Position numbers and translations under genes: made by a program
Notes under the pieces: model-generated
Told to the model about the DNA's origin: nothing
The model's database searches: none
The model's input: the letters and a program-made list of their open reading frames with translations, nothing else
NCBI GenBank assembly: GCA_010093605.1
Contig: MU004183.1
Coordinates: 1,240,001-1,304,000, forward strand
Source: Lophium mytilinum
Taxonomy: Eukaryota
Direction: 5' to 3'
Length of the DNA stretch: 64,000 nucleotides
Shown: positions 12,333 through 27,673 of the stretch, in pieces
Layout of the letters: each line of letters starts with the position of its first letter
How positions within the stretch are numbered: the first letter of the stretch is position 1

Positions 12333-13375
12333 CGTGCAGGCGCAAACAGTTGTTTTGATGATCACGAACTTAAGTATTTATGATGATCTAAGTTGGAGTT
12401 TTGCTTTAGCGTCTAGTAATAGGGATCGAATCGATAGGGATCAATAGCAGTAAGCTCTTTCACTCTGGTGCATCTTAGGCTAGTAGCCACTCGAATTTGG
12501 CGATTGGCTTCATGGCGTCTGCTGGAAAAGGTCAAGAGCCTTGGCAGCTGGCGTCTGGCGTCTGGATGCGGGTGTGGCTTTGGAAGTCGCTAGTGTCCCG
12601 TGCCTTATCTCGAGAGCCCTCCACGCACGCTGGCTTTGCCAGAGGCCCGGTCGCCGTCGCCGAAGTGCTCAGAGCCTACGTTATCACCCTCAACCATCAT
12701 CGCAGCCCTATGCAGGCCCAGCGCCCGGGTTCTGGGGAACTCGTTAAGAGCACACGACACGCCCAGCCCTGTATATATCTGTATCTTGGAGTTTCACCAG
12801 GGGGCTACCTGGAAAGCAACACGAGAAGATCTACCAACCGGCATCATTCATCATATCATTACCAATCTGACTCCCTTTTCGCCGAAGGTTCCAGCTGATG
12901 AAGCGCTTGTCCTATTCAAGTTTAAAGGTCCCCGGAGTTTTCTGTCATTGGTGAGTACTACAAGGGTGCAACACTGAGCACGCTTATTTACATCCTGTCC
13001 TGCCGTTGATTATGAGTTTTCATGCCTCAGCATGAGCCTATGTAGAGCTAGCTGCCGCTGTGAAAAATTGGACATCGAGTTTACTAGCAGCTCGAGATGA
13101 TGGGCTTCCTTTTCGTTTGTTCTTTTGAAAAAGCGTTGAAGCATCTATGACAATGGCGAGTAGGTGTATCGGTACAGAACGTCAATTGCTTTCGTCAACT
13201 GGGTCTAGCCTACTCCATTATAACCGGCGTCGCGCTGTATCTCAGCTAGCACCCGCTCTCTTCTTTTCCACATCTCCTTCATCTATTCAACCTATCGAGC
13301 CGACTCTGAACCCCATAAAGGAGTGATGGACTTCGCTAATGATGCTCGTAGCTCCTCAGCATTCGGTATCGCGCA

Positions 13376-15724
13376 ATGAGTTACCGGGTGGACCAAGGAA
13401 TCTCCCCTACCGAGTCCTATTCTGGCCAGGGCGACACATCGTCTTCTAAGAATCGATCTCGCCGTCCGTGCGATTCATGTCGGCGCCGTAAGTCAAGATG
13501 TGAGTTGGTTGATGGCGCAACTCCTTGCGTTCTTTGTCGATTTCATCGTCAAGAGTGTACCTTCAAGGAGGAGCCCCAACCTAGAAAAAGGAAAGCTGCT
13601 TCCTTGAGCGAGGAGGAAACCAACAATACAAACTCTTCACGAGACTCTCTTCGCCGTCCGCCCCCGGTCTCTTCCGATAAAGCTTGGATTCCGAGGCATT
13701 CTTTCCATGACATAGCCCATAGGTCCTCGCATCCTATTCGGCAAGATCCACCTATTGACGACTATGCCAACTTGAAGGGACCCTCGCTACTCAAGAAGAC
13801 GCTGGGTTTGCAAAACCATCGGCATAGCAGGTTTATTGGCTCGACGTCCGAGTACGAACAGACCCTTCTAGAACTCGACGCGTACAACGACAAGGACGAG
13901 GTCCCAGTAGGTGCGTCTGCTCTCCGAAAGGTCAATGCCACGGACGCCTTCATCTTGAGCCCCGATGAAGGTACGAGGAATCATGAGGAAGAAATCGTTG
14001 ATTTGGATGCTATCGAGATGATAGTTGCACCGCACGGCCAGGCTTTGATCCATCTGTACTTCCGGATTGTTCACCCCAGCTTCCCCATCTTGCACAAGAA
14101 GGTCTTCCTCGAAAAGTACCAACGGACGCACCGCGAATTCTCTCCGCCGCTTCTAGCAGCTGTATATATCCTAGCTTTAAACTGGTGGTCCTACAGCAGT
14201 GACTTGGCGCTTCTGCCAAAGCCTGACGTACCTAACCTTGAGAAGTTGGCGTTCAAGACTGTGAACGATATTATTCATCGTCCAAAACTCTCCACTATTC
14301 AAGCCGGTCTGCTTTTGCTCCAAAGACCGGAAGGCGACTCTTGGGCGCTCACTAGCCAGCTTGTCGGACTCGGACAAGATCTCGGTCTTCATCTCGATTG
14401 CTCTACGTGGAGGGTACCGGCTTGGGAGCGAGGGCTGCGAAAGAGGTTGGCGTGGGCTCTATTCATGCAAGATAAATGGGGCTCTCTAGTCCATGGAAGG
14501 CCTTCTCATATAGCTACGACTGACTGGGAAGTACAGCCTCTGTCGGAGATTGATTTTCCCGAGAGCGCTGCCGATGAGGATGACGAGGACGGCAGTACCG
14601 AAGTCGAGAAGGGCCGCACGCTGTTTTGCGAGATGATCACCCTGACAGAGATTCTCGCTGTTATTCTCTCTAATTTCTACACTTTGAAAGCAGAGCAAGA
14701 TATACGGATGCACGCCCAGGATGGCGTCCGCTGGATATTAGAGAAAGCAAAGCCAAGTCAACTAGCCCTCAAAACGTGGTTTGCACAAATGCCTGCTATA
14801 CTAAAGATGGAGAATGTCGCAATGAGGAAACTGTCGTCTACAGGTAAGCCAATCATCCTTCAGCATGCTTCCTTACCAGAACTGCATTTCAGACGCTGAC
14901 CCCTATATGTAGGCTATCTCCACCTAGGCTACTACGCCGTAGAGATTACCCTCCACAGACGAATTATCCGGGCCCTGTCCTCGTTAGACGATCCCTCACT
15001 GGTCTCCATCTGTCGACATGCCGCTCGTGCACGGCTTGTGTCTGCAATGGATTTTGTACAAGGACTTCGACCCGAACATCTGCAGTCATTCTGGTATTCC
15101 GCGTCAAAGTACTGCTTCGCGCTAATCGGCTCATTCGTATCTCTACTATGGGTAACGGTGCAAGAGAAAGAAGAAGCGGAGTTCTACAAAGCGAAGCTAG
15201 AGGAGTACAGATGGACGTTGCGGCTCTCGTCGAAGAGTGCGGATTTCCTGGAGAGAGCCATCAGCATGCTAGCAATATCGACAGGCGTCCTCGTCAAAGC
15301 AATTCCGGACAGATCGAACGCAGAGTTTGCCGCTGCGAGGATTAGGAATCCTGCCAAACCTCAGGCTATTTCAGCGAGAGCACACTCTTTTCTAGATTCT
15401 AGGTCGCATACCCACTCGGCACCTATTAATGAGTACTCTGAGTCCGAGTCGTATGAGGGACAAACAACAGAGCACACTCCTGACATGGGCGAAACGCCGG
15501 AGGATTCTGCCACGAATGAAGACTTCATCCCGGATCACCTGTGGTTTGCAAATGCAGCTCAGTTGAACGATATCAGTGCGGTGTATGGAGAGAGTAATGC
15601 GACCGGAATGGATCATGATTTCATGAATATGCCGGGGATCGGACATGTTGGAGATGGATACGACTTTCAGGCCTTGCGGGGGCACGAGGGGCCTCCGGGC
15701 TCGGGCGATGTGGAACAGGGTTGA
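13376..15724 (+). CDS. Zn(II)2Cys6 transcription factor, Dal81/TamA-like
   Basis: Binuclear cluster CDSCRRRKSRC...CVLCRFHRQEC. Fungal TF middle homology region YFRIVHPSFPILHK...QDLGLHLDC..W.VP.WE..LRKRLAWALFMQDKW. Intron 14844-14912. The Dal81/TamA subfamily call is from recollection. Confidence 0.88.
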
Positions 15725-17548
15725 TTCTTAAGTTGTTGTCGATATCAAAAGTGCTAATTTGGCATCTCGAGGTACATTCTACTGTTGCTTTGCAAGGGTT
15801 GTACTGTATAATCGCATCATCGAGCGTTTGGCTATTAGATTTCGGTGCAGATGATATCCGCTATTTCAATCTTCTTCTTGCAAGGCCTCATTAAAAGGTC
15901 TATGTTGACCCTAATGTCACTACAGCTGGCGACCGAGTAAGGTTACGTGTCGAGATTCTAGCAGTACAAATCAGACTGCTTCTTAGCTCACTAGCTAGAA
16001 GTTCAGACATTTGGATATACCACTGCATCAGTGCTACTTTGGAAGCTAGTTAGCACTGTCTAGGGTGCCCCCGCTAGCAAGTAGCCAACAAATCAAGAAG
16101 CAGTCTGATTTAGACTGCTTAAAACTTGACATCACGCTTAGACTTTCGAGACTCATGGGGGTTACCCCAAGCAGCATGAGTAGGGAGTTTCTTTACTTTT
16201 CCAAAAGTCTGGGAGCGGACGACGGACTGACTACATAGGAGGTGTGGATTTGGGATAGAAGGTATAATATCAGGAAACGCTGTTTCCTCCAGTAAATGGC
16301 TGTGTATCGCTCCTACATATGTAGACGCACTTCGTCTTGAAATTGAGTTCACAGCAGAGAGAAATGCGACGGTGCCCTGGTACCTAATACTGGCTCCAGA
16401 TTTCATGCTATCGTCGAAATATGCATCAAAAGGTGAAGTTGCGTTTTATGACTGCACTGGTGGAAATGACCTACAATGTAGTACGGGGCCAACGCAATTG
16501 ATGGACACGAGGGATTTCAGCAACAAATATCTGACCCATTGGCCCGCGCAGCTCGGCCAACCTGACTCTTGTTTCAGGCTTACACACAGCGTCAGACTCC
16601 TTGGCTGGGGCCCTCGGGGGGCCTGTTCGTAGATACTGTTACCTACCTTCAGCGTTGGCCGGTGAACGTGCAGTGATACCAAGGCCCTCAGCGCTTAAGC
16701 AAGAACACATATGCAATCGAGCGCGCGGACGGGACCAATGCTCGCCACAGACCTCACGACTAGTGCTGGCAGATGCTTCGGCGTCCGCAATGGCAGGCCA
16801 TGTGCACGGCGGGAAGGGTGTTGAAGGATGGCTGGTCTGCGCTGCTGCTGGCGCCACGCATTGGCACACGTCGGGCACAGGAGGGCGCCATCAGGGCCGC
16901 AGACACTGTACTGTGCCGGAGCGCAGACCGAAGATCAGGCTGGACAGTGCTGTCGCCGGCGGCGTTCGTGTTATTTGGCTGGCGGCTGGGCACAAATTGG
17001 TGGTGCCTGACGGCGGTGGGCAGCTCTCCAGTCTCCCACAACGGCTTGTGGCTTTGTCGAGGTTGAGAACCGACCTACTCCAACGCATCCCTCCTCTACC
17101 TCCGTCCTCCCAACCTCTGCTGCTGCATTTTTTGCTCGCCCACCACCGCATCCAGCGTCCAGCTGTCCTCGGCCGCCCCAGGCCTTTGCCCGCCTCTCGC
17201 CGCCCCGGCCTCCAGCATCGTCGCCCGCTCGACGTCGTCGCAGGCTCACCCCTCCGCCGCACCGCCCGCCAGACTCTCCTCCGCCCAGTGATCGTGCCCG
17301 ACCTGCGCGAGGCTCGAACATCCCGACAACTCGGCGTCCTACACGTGTCTCGCCATCGCCGTCGCGCCCACCGGCTCTAGGTGAAGCTCGATACTGGCCG
17401 TTTGCCCAGCAGCCTGCCCCCACACGACGTTGGTGCGTTCCGGCATGCGCATCTCGAATTCGTCGGCGTAACCAGCTGAACCGGCTGCGTACCCCCCGAA
17501 CAACTTGCACCGCCTCTCCACCTCTCGCACGCCTCGCCCGCTATCGCT

Positions 17549-20558
<3,010 letters not shown>

Positions 20559-21642
20559 TAAGGATTATTTTGAACTTTACAATCTTGTTTCCTGACTCGC
20601 GTTCCATCAGGGCGGAATGCAAAAATTCTCACGGCGTAGAGGCTTCCGGATTTCCTCCGAGCGTCGGCCCACGCTCACCCAGACTGCATGACGGAGGCAG
20701 AGCACACCGTCGATCATATCATGTCGAGTCTACAAATGGCATCGGGACTGCCGCTTGGGGCATATACATCTCCAGGTCTAGAAGCCTAGGCAAAATAACT
20801 TAGGTCTGCAGTTCCGTTGCGTTTCACTTATACCAGCATTCTATGTTTGAGACGGTTATGGGCGCTTTAAACAGACAGCCCTTCGCACCTTACCCTGGCG
20901 TATCTCAGACTAGCGCAGCCGCCTGCGGTCAGGGTTTTTGGGTATGTCCAGATTGCGTTCAGAGAACAGTAACGGCCTCAGGATCTCGCGAAGGCTTTCG
21001 GAAACAGGGGCTGGGCGCCTGGAGGATGCACTGGAGAGCATGCCTAGCTTGTATTGTAGCTTGCATTATTATCATTTGTTCACCGCTGGAACTGAGTCAC
21101 TCGAGGCCTTGCTGAGCTCTAAGGTCCTAAAGTCTGCTTACCTAGACGGTGCGTCGGCCTTGAGAAGTGTCGTGAGAGTCGTGACTCTTGACTAGAGAAA
21201 TTGAAGAGTGCAGGTGTACTTACTCAAACGAGACTCTTAGCGAGCACAGGCGAGTGTCTTTGCTGATCGTACTAGAAGTCTGTCTGTAGTCATTTGTCAA
21301 TTCGTCTGTTGGGGGAGAGACATCAGTTTTATGCACTTGCTTGGGCGTTAATGGCCACAGCAAATCCCTTCTGAATGTATTCGGAACCTGTCGTATAAGG
21401 GAGGGTATGAGGTATTGCGGCAAGTTCGTAGATAAATCACGATGATTCACGCACAGCCTAGTCGTGCTCTTGAACTTGGTTGTAGGCGGAGGATTTGAAG
21501 TGTTCCCTGGTTCATAACGTGACTTGGCTTCCGCATCTGGTTAGACTCAACCCCCCGCCACACGCACCTGCCCACTGACTAGGAGCCGATAAATATCTAT
21601 CAAAGCCGCCCGCAGGCACCACCCACCACCAACACACCCGCC

Positions 21643-24366
21643 ATGTCTCGCTTTTTCACCGCTAGCGACAGCTCCAGCGAGAGCTCTTCTGAGGAAGAAC
21701 TCTACAGCGACCAGGAAGCAGCCGAGTCTGAAGAGGAATCATCCTCTGAGGACAGCGACGAGGATAGCGACGACTCGTCTAGTAGCGACGATGGAGGGAA
21801 GACCGGCGCCAACAAGTTTTTGCGCGAGGCGTCCGAAGAAGAGGACAGCTCTGACGACGAGCGGGTCAAAGTAGTGAAGAGTGCGAAGGACAAGCGGTTC
21901 GAGGAGTTGGAGGGCACAATACGGTTGATCGAGAACGCGGAAAAGATCAACGACTGGGCTGTTATTTCTGAACGCAAGTCACGCCAGGATCTATAGGTCT
22001 CCCACCTTTGCTAACTGATCCGGATAGAGTTCGAAAAGCTGAATCGCCAAGTCCCCGCCCTCATCAAGCAGAATGATGGCAAGCCCCCGAAGCTGTACAT
22101 CAAGGCGATCGCCGACCTCGAGACCGTCATGCTGGAGACTATCGAGAAGCAGAAGGTCTCGCCCAAGAAAATGAACGCGATCAACACCCGAGGCTTGAAT
22201 GCTGTCCGACAGCGTATTCGCAAGAACAATAAAGACTACGCCAAGGAGATCGATTCATTTCGCGAGAACAAAGAGGAGTTCATGCGCGAGGAGGTCGTCG
22301 AGGTCAGAGCCCCCACCAGGTCAAGGAGCACAATCCGGGAGGCTGGCGAGGCCCCTACTGGGGACGATGATGAGGGTTTCACCATGGTTGGTGCTGGTGG
22401 CAGGGCCATGCAATACACCCCCGAAAGCATTCTCAAGCACCTACGGACGATTGTCGAAGCCCGAGGCAGAAAAAACACCGACAGACTGGACCAAATCCGG
22501 ACTATGGAGAAGCTCCGCGAAGTGGCCGTCAACGACTATCAGAAGATTCGAGTGCTACTAACCCTGATTCCTACCCGGTTCGATCTTACTTCCGGAACTG
22601 GAAACCAGATGTCGCAAGAGCAATGGAAGCTGTAAGCGTCTTCAACCGTATATACTAATGGCCATACTAACTTTTCCATAGGGCCGAGAATGAATTTTCC
22701 CAGCTCCTCGAGATTCTAGAGTCCACCGAAGAGATCGTTGTGATCGAGAATGCCGAGGAATGGGAAGATGATGAAAAATTACCTCCCATCACAGAAGGAG
22801 AGATTTTCCGTATCCCCGGCAGCGTCGTTTCTTTCGTTGAGAGACTCGACGACGAGCTTACCCGGTCATTGCAACACATCGATCCTCACACTGCTGAATA
22901 CGTCGAACGACTCACGGACGAGGCTGCCCTTTACACCAGCATCGTTCGCGCGCTTGTCTACGTTGAGACGCTTAAGAAGAACGCCAAGCTCGACCAGAAC
23001 CAAGAAAGCTTGAACCGCGTTGTTTCGCGCCGCTTGGAACACGTTTACTTCAAGGTACGGATAAGCCCCTAAAAAACCCCTCCCTTTCTAACAGATTTTG
23101 TAGCCTTCCCAGGTCGTCACAATCCTTGAGTCCAACACTTGGAAAGCCATTCCCGCTTCGCTGGATTCATCCGTGACACCTCGCGCCATCTCTAACGACA
23201 CCGCATCCCTCGTCCAGACTCTTTGCACCTATCTGTTCCAGAACAGCGAGGGCATCATCCGAGCTCGTGCAATGCTGTGCCAAGTGTACTTCCTTGCTCT
23301 GCACGATCAATACTACAAAGCGCGTGATATGATGTTGATGTCCCATCTTCAGGAGACTATCAGCAACTTTGACGTCAATACCCAGATCCTCTTCAACCGC
23401 GCATTGGTCCAAGTTGGTCTTTGCGCCTTCCGGGCTGGTCTGGTTTACGAAGCACAGAACTCTCTCCAGGAGATTTGCGGTAGCAACAGGCAAAAAGAGC
23501 TTCTTGCCCAGGGTCTTCAAATGCAGCGGTACTCCCAAATATCTCCAGAACAGGAACGGTTGGAAAGGCAACGACAACTTCCCTTCCACATGCACATCAA
23601 CCTCGAGCTGCTAGAATGCGTCTACCTGACGTGCTCCATGCTTCTCGAAATCCCTCTCCTCGCACAGATTGGCTCGTCGCCCGACATCAAGAAGCGAGTC
23701 ATCAGCAAAACCTACCGCCGTCTCTTAGAGTACCATGAGCGTCAAATCTTCACCGGCCCGCCGGAAAACACCCGCGACCACGTCATGCAGGCATCCAAGG
23801 CTCTGGCTGCCGGCGAATGGAAAAAGTCGGCGGAGTTCATCAACTCGATCAAGATTTGGGAGCTGATGGCCAACTCGGAGAAGATCAAGGACATGCTGTC
23901 AGCCCAAATCCAAGAAGAAGGTCTACGAACCTATCTCTTCACTTACGCTCCATACTACGACACCCTCTCCATTTCCTCGCTAGCAGCCATGTTCGAGCTC
24001 GAGGAACGCAAGGTCTCGGCCGTCGTCAGCAAGATGATCTCTCACGAAGAGCTTGCTGCTGCCCTTGACCAAGTCAACAGCGCCATCATTTTCCGCAAGG
24101 GCGTTGAGCTGTCCAGACTGCAGAGCCTTGCTCTCAGCCTTAGCGACAAAGCCAGCGGCCTCATTGAGGCCAACGAGAAGACACTCGAGCAGCGGACACA
24201 GGGCACAGCGAACGCGTTTGAGCGTCAAGGTGGGCGTGGGCGTGGACGTGGCGGACGCGGTGGAGGTCGTGGTGGCGGACAGCAGGGAGGCGGTGGTGGA
24301 CGCGGTGGCGGGAACAGGAATCAACAATTCACTGGCGGTGCGTTGGGCAGGGCTATCCAGGCATAA
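21643..24366 (+). CDS. NIP1: Eukaryotic translation initiation factor 3 subunit C
   Basis: Acidic N-terminus MSRFF...[43 protein letters not shown], a PCI domain and an RGG tail. Three introns, the first GC-AG (21974-22027). Confidence 0.96.
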
Positions 24367-24884
24367 AGGGGGTGCGGCTTTTTGGGTTTATGGGAGTTCA
24401 GCATCTGTGTTTCTTCTAATCGAGTGGATGATGCATGAGATGGATCGTCTGCTTGTGTCGTCCTGAGGGAGGGTTCATAGGGGATGGTGATGCCGAAAAT
24501 AGAAATTTGAGTTCACAATCAGTCGTGGGTCTGCATTTTGTGTGCCTTGAACTTGATGATATAAGAATTTCGTACTGATTGAGCCAAGTTTTTGGTATTA
24601 TAAACGGGTTGTACTGGACCCTTAACAGAGCTAGAAGGGTGTCATAGAATGTTTCAAGAGCTAGTCCTGCTAGTCTAGTTCCCAATCGCAGAAACGTTAC
24701 ACCGGAATCCCCTAAATATGCTGACGAGCCACCTCATACGGTGCTAAAAGAGTTACGCGAGCCCGCCGAACCACTCCCTATACTTCCGTCGCAAGGACGA
24801 AAGTTTGTCGCCGTTGGTGTCTATGAAGTTCATCGCCGTGCCGTAGTGTTGCTCGATCCAGTTTAGGGAGTGCTTATCGAGCAG

Positions 24885-25856
24885 TCAATCGACCGCATAC
24901 CCTTCCGTGTCCTCGTCGGACTCTTCATCCTCATCTTCCTCGTCTGACTCTCCATCCTCATCTGACTCATCATCCTCGTCTGACTCTTCGGACTCTTCAT
25001 CCTCATCCCCCTCGTCCTGTGAATCGTTCTCCATGAAAGCACGAACAATCTCCCTCCCTTCTTCGCGATCTTCCTCTTTATAGATGCTCAACGCATACAT
25101 CCTGAGGAACTTGAATTCGTTGCCGAAGTGAGTCTTGAGCCAGGCTTTCTCGGCGGCGTTGTATCCGGGGCTAGTCTGGGTGTTCTGGGGAGTGTTGTTC
25201 GTTGGCGGTAATGCAATAGCAAGGCCAGCTGTGTGGATGGTGCGACTCTGGTTTCGCTTGTACGCCTCCCATCGCACGAGCTCTGACTGCTCCCAGCAGA
25301 CGTTCAAGCAATAAGCGGTATTTCTTGGCTCGTCGAAGATGCTTGGTCCAACAACAGGGCCAACTGGCGGTCCGCTCAGCTTGACCTGAAAGAGTGGTTT
25401 GCTCGGGTCTAGGTCGAAGTACGCTAGGGTTTGCCCTTGGGTGTCCTTGATAGTGCCGCGAGCCGTTTCGTCCCAACTGGTAGTGATACGGAGTTTTTGG
25501 TCATCCTCTTTGGTTAGGCCGATGATGTTGCATACGGCAGACGGGATGTAGAGTACGTCGTGGAGAACGAGCTGTCCATGGGCATCGGGGCCGCTGTGGC
25601 CAGGGGCTTTCTCAGTGGGGAGGGATACGGTGCCAACGCCGAGGACTGGCATGCGAGACTGGAAGTAGATGGAGCCGGCGAACGATTTGAAGGGGCTGTA
25701 GTCAGTGAACCAGCCGCGATTCTTGCAGGCACTGAATAACGGAAGTTAGTAAGGTCTCTCCATTGCCGCTAGTTCGTTCCAGACGTACTGAACGTTGGAG
25801 CCACTGGAGAATACCCAGTCCGGGCACAGAGGCTCGGACGAGAAACTCGGTGGCAT
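24885..25856 (-). CDS. Hypothetical protein with a Ty1/Copia aspartic-protease-like N-terminal domain and an acidic tract
   Basis: MPPSFSSEPLCPDWVFSSGSNVH|ACKNRGWFTDYSPF...VLGVGTVSL...LHDVLYIPSAVCNII after removing intron 25732-25788. D/E-rich low-complexity region near the C-terminus. The frame continues past the TGA to 24753. Confidence 0.75.
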
Positions 25857-26465
25857 CTTCGCTGCTCTGGATGTGGAGAATTGATGGTGGATGGTACAGT
25901 GGACCATGAGGAGGTTGCGTTGACGAGAAGGAATAGAGGTCGCGTGGACGCTACTTCTGGAAGAGACCAAACCTCTCGGTGCCAGTTACCTTCTGTAGCC
26001 TTGCGAGGGGTGAGTGACCGTTGCCTTGCCGCGTACAAACACCAAGAACAGAGGAAGTATAGTCACAGGATATAGAGGATTGAGGCGGACTGAGATACAA
26101 ATTTGAAATGAAGCTACTCTAGTACCTATCTATCATTAGCGAGTTTGATTTACGCGGAGTCACGTTCGCGGGCTAACCTTATACAAAGGATAGTAATAGA
26201 TGAAAAGATACTGACTCCGGTAACTCCAAGCGATTGTCGTACAATCAGGGGTTTCCGGAGATGCGGTAGCATTTGACCCACTTTTACTGTAACAGTAAGG
26301 CTAAAGCTAAGGGTGAAGTCTTCATAGCGCCTTATTTATAGGACCAAATTGAATGGCTGGAGGCATCTCTCACAAGTGCTTGGTACCCTGCGCCGAACAT
26401 GAAACGATAACAGCTCTGTGCTTCTAGGCTCCGTAAAGGCTCCGCTCCGGTGCTGAGCCATCTCC

Positions 26466-26942
26466 TCAGAACCCCAATATAAGCCCCCCATGCAAATGCG
26501 CACAGTAAGTTCCCCCAAACCTCCAATAAAGCTCATCCCTTTTGTTCACTCCCTGGCCATACTGCTTGCAATTATCCTCAACCCAGTTCAGCAAATCCTC
26601 GGGAAGCGGGCCAAGCAGGAACAAGTTTGCCCACTTTTGACTCTCCGATGCGGGAAAACCGAAAGAAAGCAAGCACCTTTTGTCTATAGTGTACCTCCTC
26701 ACATAGAGTACGTGCAACGTTCGCCCGCTGTCTTGCTCTGGCGTGTCGATGATGTGTTGGAACCCTGTGTAGTAGTCGTTTGGAGGGATGCTTAAAGACC
26801 TCCATACTTTTCGCAGGCTAGCCAGGTCGAGAGTTGTCCCAGGGTCACTTTGAAAGGCGTTGGCGAACCTCAAGAACCCGACAGGCCGCACATCGGTGGA
26901 GTATGGAATTTGTCGTAAGATGCGCTGGTCGGGTTGGGTCAT
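26466..26942 (-). CDS. Hypothetical protein, paralog of 27674-28264
   Basis: Intronless ORF from MTQPDQ that aligns by eye along its length with the divergent neighbour. Confidence 0.7.
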   Translation of the reverse strand: MTQPDQRILRQIPYSTDVRPVGFLRFANAFQSDPGTTLDLASLRKVWRSLSIPPNDYYTGFQHIIDTPEQDSGRTLHVLYVRRYTIDKRCLLSFGFPASESQKWANLFLLGPLPEDLLNWVEDNCKQYGQGVNKRDELYWRFGGTYCAHLHGGLILGF

Positions 26943-27673
26943 GGTGGGTATGTTGTTAAGGCGTCCAGCTTCCGTTAGACGACACTGATTATGCAGCTTC
27001 TTGATAGTAGCCTTTCGGATGTTCAGAATCGCATTTGCAACCGCTCGAGCAGCCTCCTTATATCGTAATCGCCAAAGTGTACTTGTCGTCGCTTGCTCGT
27101 CTAGTTCTCTAGTAAGATAGGGCCTCAAGCTTGCTCAAACACAGAGTGGCAGATACTGACCAATTGTACGCTCCGTTCTATCACGAGGATAAGAATAAGC
27201 TCAGAGACCCGACTTCCTGGTCGGCAGACAGGGAGATGCTCTAGGCAAGGTGGTTTCCCAAAAGGCATACAAAAGTGAAGGGGTCAACCCCTGAGAGATA
27301 CTTTCCTAAGTTGGCCGACTTATGAACTCTGCACTCACACTTTCCTTTCTAACCCAACCGCCTTCTGAACTCCGCACTCACGCTTTCCCTCAAAGAATGG
27401 TCCAAACCCCTAGAACCCTCTCGTCCAATTTATCATGTAACTGTCCTTCCGATCGAAAAAGGTTTGCGGTTTGCCATAATGTCATATACCAGACCTTCCG
27501 CCGTGAGCTTGAGCTAAGTTTGCGATCTAATTTTCTTGATTGCAAGCCATCAGACACAAACCTAGCATCGCAACGTAGATATAAAGAGTAGACGGTTAGG
27601 GCCACTACTCCCAGGAGATCAATCAGAAGTGAGCGAATGAAAAGAGCTACCTGCCAGCAACGTACTGCCCGCA

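Noticed and set aside
12497..12977. A fourth gene within the ureide cluster
   Set aside because: The short overlapping ORFs have no recognisable motifs or clear splice structure.
16601..17510. Long overlapping ORFs (259 aa and 179 aa) upstream of YAK1
   Set aside because: This is GC-rich, low-complexity promoter/leader sequence with no recognisable motifs, so the open frames are probably chance.
24753..26470. UGA reassigned to Trp in this genome
   Set aside because: Conserved genes in the window (YAK1, the DnaJ protein, the Zn2Cys6 factor) end normally at TGA.
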